From assembly GCF_025526975.1 (NCBI RefSeq), contig NW_026515675.1:806001-870000 (forward strand): a stretch of 64,000 nucleotides of DNA. Reading direction: 5' to 3'. The notes below the pieces were generated by a model. The model was not told the DNA's origin and did no database searches. It saw only the letters and a list, made by a program, of their open reading frames with translations. This stretch comes from Fimicolochytrium jonesii. Taxonomy: Eukaryota. The position numbers and the translations under genes are program-made. The stretch's first letter is position 1, and each line of letters opens with the position of its first letter. Positions 25,321-35,149 of the stretch are shown here, piece after piece.

Positions 25321-26721
25321 GCCGTGGAGAAGTTTTGAAGTGTCATTTCGTCATTGTAAGTGATGTCGGCCGATTATGCAGAGACTGGCAATCACTCCCG
25401 GTCCGCAACTCAGCCGAGTCTTGATCGTCATGTGTATCCCAAGCCCAAGTTCGTGGATGGCAACGAGATCCTGCTGTTCCACCTGGGTCCGTAGTACGAC
25501 GTTTGGCGGGGTTCCAGCGGCTTTCAACATCGAGTCCAGCCCAGGGGCAAAGTCGAGAAGGATGCCAACGAGAGTAAGCCAGATCCTGGCACGACTCGCT
25601 CAGCGAAGCTTACTCTATTCCGCCGGGGCTTGCCACTGAATGATTAAGGCGGACAATTTACGGGCGCTTTTAACTAATTGGGTTTGAGATAAGTTACGAA
25701 ACTTTTTTTGACTTTTCGCCTGGGAGCTTACGAGCAGCCCGAAGAAAACGACGACGACAACGAGTCTTCGTTCGAGAACCTCGCTGACGCTCGAGGACCA
25801 TCCCACACCCTGTTCATCCTCCTCCCACCTTCCTCACACCTCCCTTTTTCCTGAATCACCTACCAAACCTGCTCCCCGGTAAACTCGGTCTGCGCCTGCC
25901 ACTTGAGCGCCCCCGCAAAGACACCACCGAGTATCGCAAGCGTGAGGTAGAAGGCGCCCCATAGGTGGGTGTGGTATGCTTCGAGATGGTGCCGCATTTG
26001 TCCAACTTCTGCGAACTGGGAGGTGTGAAATGGGGGTGTGATGTTGGACGCCGCGGGTGTGAAGAGTCTGGTTGTGCGCCCGGCGCTGAGGCTTCTTGGG
26101 TTGCGGAGGGGCTTTCGGCAGGGTTGTGAAGGGGGCGAGTGTTTGAACCGGGGGGTGTAGAATAAGGAATGAGGAATGAGGGAGGGTTGTTGTTGAGAAG
26201 GAAAGCGAAGGAAAGGGGAGGGGGGGAAGAAGGTCATCAGCGATAATACATAATGGGTGACACTTATCATGATGCTATGTGGCACGAACTTACGTGGCTT
26301 GAGACCACGGAGGATATAAATAATATTGCTGTTGATGACATGGATGGGGGGGGCCGAACGGCGACTTCAAGAATCCACCGAGTCCCATCATCATTTGCGA
26401 CGCACCTCCTCCTGACAAATAAGAAGCGGCTTATCCATAACTAACCTTATACTGTAAGTCGCTCAGCAAGGGCTGCAAGGGTTCTCCGGCTGCAGAATCA
26501 AACCGCATGTCGCAAGTTTCCCCACACGCACTTATACAGTACTCCAACCCGCAGTTTACTCTCCCAGTCAAAGACGAAGCGACGCTCCAGGAGGATACCA
26601 AGCGCTCCTTCGCACTCTTCCAACCACCGCGGAAAAAGAAAGGGAGAGAACTCAAGCCCCTCTCGCATTCACTCACTCTCACAACTGAGCCCCTCCAATT
26701 TACCCCACAAATCCCTCAACC

Positions 26722-29215
26722 ATGATACACTGGTCCCTCTTCAACCTCAAATTCGCCTGCGAGAAGTGTCAGAACGGCCACAGGAACGGCTCATGTGCGC
26801 ATATCGACAGGAAACTCATAGAAATCAAATCAAAGGGAAGGCCGGCGACTCAGTGTGGGCACTGTAGAGCAAAGAGGAAGGAGGGGGTCGGGCATTCGCA
26901 CCATAAGTGTATGTGTGGGGATGGCGCTGCTAATATCAAGAAGAAGGTTGAAGGTAAGGGGTTCGAGAAACGGAGTGGGAGTTGGGTGGGCGGGGTACAT
27001 TTCGGGAATTTCGGGCGTGGGAAAATTGCGGTCCGTGGGAATTCGCCGCCCATCAACGAACCGTCCATACTCACCCTCCTGCACACATATTGATTTATTT
27101 TCTTTTTCCTCTTTCGCAGTTCACTTCAATCCAAATGTGGTGTTGACGTTCACGCCTGAACGAGGAAACGTGGACTGGTTAAAACAGCAATTGGAACAAA
27201 CGCGGACGTCGACACTGACAGTACAGAAGAAGGCGAAAGCAGGGGTCGCAGCGCCTGCCACCGACGTACAGCTGATCTACGTGAAAACAGAAGTTGTGGA
27301 AGAGACGCTAGATCTGGACGTGCAGAAACTCATGGCCAACCCATGCAACTGCCAATTTGGAGGATCGTGCATCTGTTCGGAGTTGCCTGCGAACAGGGGC
27401 GCTGGTGGAGGATGCGGGAGCAGGATAAAGCGCGGGTCGTCGGCGTCCGTTGGGCCGGCTTCGGCTTCCACTTCGAACTCCAATTTGAATCTAAGAGGAA
27501 GCCATTCCCCTGCTGCGTCGGCTGCGGCGGGCGGTCTAACGGGATCACCATATCCTCCTCTCCTGCCAATGGTGGCCGGATTGCCTCGGCCGGGGGACCT
27601 CGGGAACGCGTTCCACGTAACGAATGCCACCCCTTCCCCCATGATGGCTTCCAATGAAGCATATGCTAGCATGTCAGGCTACCCCACCATCCGACCCATG
27701 CCCTCGCAAATGGATCAGCATCATCAACAACAACAACAGCAGCAGCAGCAGCAGCAGCAGCAATATCAGCCCATGTACTCCCCATCAACGCAACTCACCA
27801 TGGCCTACCACCAGAGATTTCCGGACCCATCCTACCAACCCCAACAACTCCCACCCACTTCCTCCAGCCACGACCCGGAGTTGCTCTCTGCCCTCTTCGC
27901 GCTACATCAAGGAGGCGTAGTCGGACCGCCACAGCCCCAATCCCCCGCGACATGGGCCACTGGGATGAGCAACGGCCCCCAACCGATGATGACACCCGAG
28001 CAGTATGCATACTACACGCAACAGCCACCACCAACCCAGCAAGTGTCCCGAGGAGGCGGATGCTGTTCAGGAGGCAAATCCTTCGCGCCGCCGCCGCCGA
28101 AAGCTGCGGCGACATCGTGCGGATGCTCGGGATCGCAGACGGATGAGGAGATGGATACTGGGGGTGGATGTTGCGCCGGTGCAGGACGATCAGTCTCGTC
28201 ACGCAGGGCTTCTGGGTCGTGCTGTGGTGGCGGAGGCGGGGACAACAACAGCAGCAGCAGTAGTTTGGTTGATACTCGATTCTCCACCGCCTCGGCACCA
28301 CAGGCGAAAGGCGGGTGCTGCGGGCCGAAAACCGTTGCCGCGCCCGTTGTGGCATCGTGTTGTGGGGGCGCGACTACTGACGCGGCACCAGTAGCATCCT
28401 CGGGGTGTGGATGCTCCTCATCGCGCCCGGTTGTTAGCAATGGAGGTTGTGGATGCAATTCGACACCTGCACCGATACCTGTTCGAGCGGCTGGCGGGTG
28501 TGGATGCGGTGGAGGCGCTTCTGCTGCGATTGAGCCTGAGCGGGAAGATAACGGTGGGAGCTGTTGTGGTGGAAGTCGTCGCCCTTCTTCGTCGACGTCG
28601 GCGGGTGGATGTTGTGGGGGCGGTGGTGGTGCTGCTGTTGCGACTAGCGGGTGTGGTTGTAGCAGCGGCGGTGGTGGGTGTGGATGCAACAGTGGTGGAA
28701 ATACCGGCGGTGGGTGTGGATGCGGCGGCGGCGCTCGAAATGCGTCACCATCCCCTCCTCAACAACAACAACAACCAAAGAAAGGCGGATGTTGTGGAGG
28801 TGGAAATGCACCCAAAGCGGACGTCTCGCCGTCCTTGCACAACATTATCCAACCACCCCCCTCGGGATCGGGAGTCGGGATGGAGAAAGAAAAAGAAGCA
28901 ACATGCCCCTGCGGCTGCCACGCCTCCACGCTCCTCTGCGAAGAATGCGAGAAGGACTTGTGTCCCTTACACTTGGGCGATTTACTCGCCCGGCCCTCTT
29001 CCTCCACCCAACAACCACCTCAACAGCCTCAACAGGGACATCAGCAACAACCATCGCCCTTCCCACCCGCCCCGCTCCCCCTACCAAGCACGGGCAAGGA
29101 GATCAAACCGTGCAACAGCATGGACGCGTTCGATATGCATGGGATGCGCACTGCGTTGTGTGGGTGTGGGTGTGCGGGGGTTGTTGATGCGCGGTTGTGT
29201 TCTTGTGGGGCTTGA
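26722..29215 (+). CDS. Copper-fist (Ace1/Mac1/Cuf1-type) transcription factor with poly-Q and a long Cys/Gly-rich region
   Basis: N-terminal ACEKCQNGHR..C.H.DR.L..IKSKGRPATQCGHCR..R......KCMCG; intron at about 26954-27119; many CC and CGC motifs in exon 2. Confidence 0.9.
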
Positions 29216-29479
29216 GGTCTGTCATTTCGGGAGGGTGGGTTTTTTGCAGGAGTTTCTTTTTTGTTTAGGTCACTCTCTCTGTCTGTCTGTCTGTTTGTCT
29301 GTTACGGTTTTGGGAATTTTGTATGTAGTTTTCATGGATCCACACCTGCCTACCTCCCTCTCGTATGCATGAGATACGGAGGTTTTGTTGGGATTTGGAT
29401 GTGTATTGTAGCATCAGATAACACAGCTGCTTTTTGCATCGTTCGTCCGTCTTGTGGTTGCTGGTTGTGCAGGTCAAAG

Positions 29480-29628
29480 TAGTCTGGCAGGGGTACAGGA
29501 GTCTGTATGTATGCCTTGCACGGATATTACGAGTACAAGTTGCCTTCATCGGCGACGCCTCAGGCAGAGGTACAATGATGTGGATGGCAGATAACCACCA
29601 CGGAAAATGGGATGGGGTGAAATCTAGA
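29480..29628 (-). ncRNA. Candidate Fanzor omega-RNA scaffold
   Basis: Lies immediately 3' of the Fanzor stop, where omega-RNAs are normally found. Two interrupted stem-loops are visible by eye at 29533-29573 and 29486-29515. Ends are unknown. Confidence 0.4.
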
Positions 29629-32600
29629 CTACCTACGGTTACGGGAGAATGCGTCTGGTCTGCGGCCATTGCCAAACACCACCGAACGCACAATCGAGAG
29701 GAAATTCTTGGTGCTCAGGACGTCCCGATTGTGCACTTTCATCCGTAGTGGTCGTCTTCCAGCAATCTCAAATGGCGTCCAGTCTTGGTTGATACATTCG
29801 GGGTTGGGGCAACCCACCAATCCATGGACGTATTCCATTCTTCCCTTTCTAGCTTGCCATGGCCGAGATGACAGCCGCCGTCGGATGTTTTTCTTCACAC
29901 GCCCGTGGCAGTCTGGGCACACGGAGGACGTTCGATACTCATCTAGCAAGTAGCATGGGATGCCGTTTCTCGCAAAGAGTGTGCGGAATCTAATTTCCAT
30001 GATGAGTTAGCATAATAGAATACATAGTAGATACCACCAATCATGGTCACTCACCCCTTGGTCTTTGATGACTCCTGAAAGCGCATTGTTTTCCCAGCAT
30101 CGCTCCAATCACCCAAGACGACCGAAAAATGCTTTCCATACCGGCGTCGCATGTTCTTGATGAGCTTGCTCTCAGACTTTTGCCGCAGTGAGAAAGCCTT
30201 GAATCTGCGAGCGACATGAATCTCATCCCGGTAAAACTCATCCAGGGCGGGATCTGGGATATGGATGTCAGCCCATGTATTATGGAATATGAAGACAATG
30301 CATAATACATCATACCTGCATGTATGTGATCCACAATGAACGCTGAGAACGCCTCGATCTTCATGCTCTTGTGCGACGGAATATGTGATTCCATCTCGGC
30401 GATGCCAGCATTGATCTTTCGCTCTCTCATGTCTCTTTGAAAGTACCGCGACTTTGTCTCGACCGCCCGTTGATTGGATGTGTATCTGGTATGGGGTGGT
30501 GCATTGTGAGGACGCTGCAACGGAATGTCGCCGCAATGGGGATGGTGGGGATAGGGGCGGTGGGAGCGGCAGCGGCGACGGGGGGCTGGGGGGCGGCGAC
30601 GGGGGGCTGGGGGGCGGCGACGGGGGGCTGGGGGGCGGAGACGGGGGGCTGGCGGGCGGAGACGGGGGGCTGGCGGGCGGAGACGGGGGGGGGGGGGGGG
30701 GGGTAGCGGAGACGGGGGGCTGGCGGGCGGAGACGGGGGGGGGTAGCGGAGACGGGGGGCTGGCGGGCGGAGACGGGGGGGGGGGGGAGGGGTAGCGGAG
30801 ACGGGGGGCTGGCGGGCGGAGACGGGGGGGGGGGGTAGCGGGGACGGGGGGCTGGCGGGCGGAGACGGGGGGCTGGCGGGCGGAGACGGGGGGGGGGTAG
30901 CGGAGACGGGGGGCTGGCGGGCGGAGACAGGGGGGGGGGGGTAGCGGAGACGGGAGGCTGGCGGGCGGAGACGGGGGGGGTAGCAGGGACAGCAGGGCAG
31001 TAGTAATCAACTGAAACGTACCGAAATGGCCGCTCCTTCTTGATGGCTCGACAGAACAAGAGGTCACGCTTGCCCGGTTCAATGCAGACGATGTTTGGAG
31101 CCTCCCGTAGTTCGGCGATGTGGTGCTCAAAATACAGCTGCTTGACTTCTTCCTGCATTTGGGCTTTGCTGCGCTTCCGGGCCCGATGCCCATACTTGAG
31201 CCCTGGCTTCTTGAAGTGGATGGTAGCGGAATACCCGTTTGTGCTGATTGACCCATCAAATTTGAGACCAAGCTTCTTTCGATCCTTGAAGACCTTGTCC
31301 TGCAATCCGTCCTTCAGCAAGGTGAGGTGAGTGAAATCAGCGCAGAAGGATACAGACTTAACTTACATTCACATTGAGAAACTGCCCCCACAGCTCCCGC
31401 TTGCGTTGATCGGTGAGTTTCCCCATGCGATGGTGGCTCAAGCCCAGGATATGAGTGGCTAGGATCTTCGTGTCGATCCTAATAGATGACTGGATTCGAG
31501 ATTTGCGTAGCGGGATCGCTGAAAACAGCCGCATTCCACAGCGCTCATAGAGACGTGAGAGCTCACAGTAGGCACCTGTGATGAGGCAGGTGCGGAGCAT
31601 GATTAGACAAAAGAGGAAGCCGCGGGGGGGGGGGGGGGGGGGGATTTAGTAACTCACCTAAATATGGCATTGCATCCACCGCAAGGCTGTACGCAAGCGG
31701 TTCATCCTGGGGAGGAAACAGAGCCCATAACTCGTTGAGGACGGTCCGCTCAAGTCGTGTGAGGCGCGCAAACTCTTCTTCGGTTGGAAACTCTCCAAAT
31801 GTCGCATACTTTTTAAACTGACGGACACGCTGATAATAGTGTCGCCGCTGCGCTCGGTTGACTCCAGCTCTACGGAGATGCAGTACGACTTGCTTCAAAC
31901 CAAGCCTTTCATTGACATAGCGCAGAAGCATTTGAATGAAATGCTCTTGTACGTTGACTTTGAGGTTTGTGAAGATGCTCGTAGCCGTGTACGCTGCAGT
32001 TTGTTGGCAATATTGCATGCGGATGGGGGCGAATCCGTGAACATTACAGTAGTCTTGAACCCATGGACGCAACTCTTGCGTGATGACCGGATTGCCGTTG
32101 TAGCCCGGATTGTTTAGCAGCTCAAATATCACGCTGATGTGCTTATCCGTGATGTCCGGGAAATCGTGCAGAGGATGATCAGCTGTGGTGGGCAGACGTA
32201 GTAGTCAGGACATTGTTTCAGGAAATATACAGTGTAGTGTACGCCAAAAACTCACCAAGGTAGTACTTTAGGAAGAAGGTGGTGTGGCGCGCAAGGATGT
32301 GAACATTGCCGATGAATGTTCTGAGGCGCTCCCTTTGAACTTGATTCTGATGATTCTGATTATGGATTCGATGAAGGGAAACCTTGGTGCAGGCATGCGT
32401 CTGCGGGCGGGGTCGTTGAGCAGGGGGTGGAGGCGGGGGTGGAGGCGGGGGTGGAGGCGGGGGCTCATACGCCAGGGGTCCACCCGGTGTGCTGGGAAAA
32501 CGGAAAGGGATGGGAGCCGGGAGGTTCAACGGATGCTGCAGACCCCTGTCGACGGGTGAAAGCCCTCGATGCTGGTGCTGCCCGTCGTCATTGCCGGAAC

Positions 32601-32820
32601 TCTCGCTGACCATGTCTGCAATGGCTTCGGGCAAGTGGCGTTGGACAGACGGTGGGAACTGGAAGCGCGGGGGTGATTGCAATGGTGTCTGCACAGTTGG
32701 CAGACGTATGGGCAACCGCAGGGTAACCGGAGCAACCTTCCTCCTCTTCCGCCGTGGTGTGGTTGCTCCAGTAAATATGCCACACCACAGGTACCCCTGG
32801 AGCGCTTGGTGTGATGACAT
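29629..32820 (-). CDS. Fanzor1 (eukaryotic TnpB-like RNA-guided nuclease), 7 exons, ~768 aa, RuvC-I EPG variant
   Basis: Exons 32820-32256, 32182-31658, 31575-31367, 31299-31022, 30485-30316, 30253-30055, 29989-29629 (2307 nt, open frame, all introns GT-AG). Motifs TNLKVNVQEHF, FSAIPLR..IRIDT, FDGSISTNGYS, CIEPGKRDLL, FRYTSNQR, LGDWS, LDEYRTSSVCPDC...CPNPEC, HNRDVLSTKN. Confidence 0.9.
30531..30985 (-). repeat. GC-rich minisatellite (core ~21 bp CCGCCAGCCCCCCGTCTCCGC with poly-C variants) inside Fanzor intron 4
   Basis: Repeated GGCTGGCGGGCGGAGACGGGG units on the + strand within intron 30486-31021. Confidence 0.9.
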
Positions 32821-33067
32821 GATGACTGTGCTGTGCCTTAAGTCAGTCGAGAGAGGTGTTGCAGTTGGTTGCTGTGATAGCTGTGTGTCAAAGAACTCGC
32901 GTCAGCGCTGTGGTAATGAGGCTGAGAACGGTGAGGAATTGCGGTTGTTACCTGGTGGCGGTTGCTTACTGCTCACAATTGCGTTGGGAAGGAAGGGGGT
33001 TGGGAAGGAGGGTTGGTATGCAATTGGGGGCCATGATGAGGTGCAATCAAGAGCGTGAGGTGTGCGA

Positions 33068-33121
33068 AGAGTGAGGAAGAGTAGAGTGAGGAAGAGTAGA
33101 GTGAGGAAGAGTAGAGTGAGG
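33068..33121. repeat. 15 bp tandem repeat (AGAGTGAGGAAGAGT, ~3.6 copies)
   Basis: Directly visible upstream of the Fanzor ATG. Confidence 0.9.
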
Positions 33122-33124
33122 ATT

Positions 33125-33148
33125 GTCCTTTACACGCGTGTAAAGGAC
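33125..33148. other. Perfect 24 bp palindrome, possible terminus of the Fanzor-carrying element
   Basis: GTCCTTTACACGCGTGTAAAGGAC equals its own reverse complement; the functional role is inferred. Confidence 0.7.
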
Positions 33149-33155
33149 GTGGGTT

Positions 33156-33320
33156 TGTTGTGGAACTCGTTACTTTATTCCCCTTCACACACACCACTCG
33201 TTTTATAGACATTCGATCGGACGGTCTGCACACACACAACCAGCTCTCTATCTGCAGAGAAGAAAAGGGGTACGGCAACTATAAAAAGGAAGCTGTGGCT
33301 GAAACTGGTTGTTTACAACA
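33156..33320 (-). repeat. Copia-like LTR (165 bp) preceded by a polypurine tract
   Basis: TGTTGT...ACAACA inverted termini. On the - strand, PPT TGAGAGGGAG (33330-33321) directly precedes TG, followed by TATAAAA (~33208-33202) and AATAAA (~33179-33174). Confidence 0.75.
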
Positions 33321-33413
33321 CTCCCTCTCAGACTGCAGATTGAATTTAGTCCGCAGTCGCCGTCGCAGTCACTCTGCATGATCCCATGGAACGTTCCGCT
33401 CTCAGCTTCCGCA

Positions 33414-33515
33414 ATCGCTTGAGTCTAGATCGGAGTAGGAGCCGGACTCGCGATTCGCTCTTCAAGTCACGATCGCTTGAGTCCAGATCGGAGTAGGAGC
33501 CGGGCTCGCGATTCG
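33414..33515. repeat. 44 bp direct repeat, two copies (period 58)
   Basis: ATCGCTTGAGTCYAGATCGGAGTAGGAGCCGGRCTCGCGATTCG at 33414-33457 and 33472-33515, in the Copia-like 3' UTR. Confidence 0.85.
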
Positions 33516-33774
33516 TTACGCCATCAACTTTACAATCACTGATCTCAACGCTTCCAGTGCTGAGCACGACCGCCGCTTGCGGGAGGTTGACCGGCATGGG
33601 ATGTGTTGTCGCTTTGCCGTTGTAGTCGTGGATGCCTCGGTAAAAACCTCTCTCAGATGTAAAAACCTCCGTGAGGAAAAAATGGATCCTGGGAGTAGGA
33701 AAAGAGCGCATCTTCGTATCGGGCAACATCGGCTTTTCAGCGTCCTCGTTGTTATCAAGCAACATCAGCTGTTC

Positions 33775-33946
33775 GTCGCAATCCTAGAGCGTGAACAAAC
33801 TTCCAGTGTTTGTTTTCATCTAGGGATTTGGTAAATATATCCGCAACGTTGTCATGCGTATTGATCTGAGTGACGCTAATCGTTTTCGCATTCTCTTGAC
33901 GGATGTAGGCATCAACCTTGGGTTCGATGTGCTTGGTTCTATTGCC
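33775..33946 (-). pseudogene. Ty1/Copia Pol RNase H C-terminal fragment
   Basis: NRTKHIE...YIRQ...ISVTQINTHDNVADIFTKSL....WKFVHALGL matches the Copia RTKHI...N.ADIFTK.L...LGL signature. Confidence 0.85.
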
Positions 33947-34249
33947 TTTAATGAAGCCGTTGTCAGTTATGGAAAAAAGGTTACGACAAACGGGGCCTGA
34001 CGGGACTCTGCTACCTATTTCTACCCTGCATCGGAAGCATGATGCCAGTTCAAGAGGTCTCAATGGCCCTGCTGTGGACTCGTTTTCCATAACTGACACC
34101 GGGACAACGCCTTTGAAGGACCGCTTCAGAACGGTCTCCTGTCCGCCATGGCCCTCTAACAGCAGACCGTTGCGAATATGATCATAGTCTAGAGCCAGCA
34201 TTGCGCAAGTAAAAAGGAGTTTTAAAGGAGCAAAGAGCAGACAGGCAGT

Positions 34250-34384
34250 ACAACGCTGTGGATTCAACGCTGGGGTCGGTGGTCTTCCGACGCATTCGAA
34301 CGGTATATCCGCACACACCCCAGCGTTCAGCTAGCGGTGCGGCAGAATTCCGCTCCTATTACCCGAGCTGGGGTTGTATATTAG
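34250..34384 (+). pseudogene. Tyrosine recombinase C-terminal fragment (DIRS/Ngaro-type)
   Basis: Not in the ORF track; manual translation gives IQRWGRWSSDAFERYIRTHP (GRW.S....YIR with the catalytic Tyr). The upstream H-x-x-R box is absent. Confidence 0.75.
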
Positions 34385-35149
34385 ATCTCCTATTTATCTG
34401 TGGCTCATCTCCGCCCATCCTCATGTATATTTGCCATTTGCTCAATACACGGCCACTTCGCCCTACTTCACATCTACTTCATATCTTCCGGTTTGCCGTG
34501 CGGGGGCCAAATTTCTCCCCAAAATCTATTGAGGGCTGACTAGTACAGCGTGGGGGGAAAATTGGTCCCCCGACGGCGGCAATGACATCTCATATTCGCT
34601 CTACTTCACATCTGCGTATCCGGCCACCTGGCATCTCACCTCTCATATCGCCGCCATCTTTGGGTTGGACCGCACACGGGGCTCATTTCTCGAACGCATA
34701 TCATCTCTCATATCGTCATATGCATCTCATTTACCATTTCGCCGAAGTCAGGTCTCGCCGTGCGCGATCCGGCGTCGTTGGGTCCAAAGATGTGCTGGAT
34801 CATATGTATTTATTCATCGTTGTTAATATACGTGTACGCGGTTTCGCCCGCGAAGGTCGCCCGCTGGCCCTTCCCAAAAGGGGGGAGCCCAGTGGAGCGA
34901 TCAAACCCCCCAAACCCCCCAAACCCAAGTGATATGTAAATTTAGACGTCATTATTATATGCCTACACTGTCAAAATACTGTCAAACCTACCTACTTTTG
35001 CGGTCCCTGTCTCTGAGACCTCTTTCTCGCTCTCTCTTCTTCCAACCTCAGCACATGCCGAGATCCACACCCCGACACAGCAACAACAACAACGACAACA
35101 CAACAACAACAACGACAACACAACAACAACGACAACAACGACAACAACC

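Noticed and set aside
25860..26400. Possible small membrane protein on the - strand (HLWGAFYLTLAILGGVFAGALKW)
   Set aside because: The last exon is plausible, but the start, upstream exons and family could not be established.
30531..30985. Repeat array as a possible CRISPR-like guide array
   Set aside because: Units are contiguous with only poly-G length variation and no unique spacers; it is a minisatellite.
30051..31271. Long Pro-rich ORFs (406 aa and 297 aa) spanning the GC repeat
   Set aside because: They are read-through of the stop-free minisatellite in Fanzor intron 4; the flanking Fanzor motifs join cleanly (PFR|YTSNQR) when it is spliced out.
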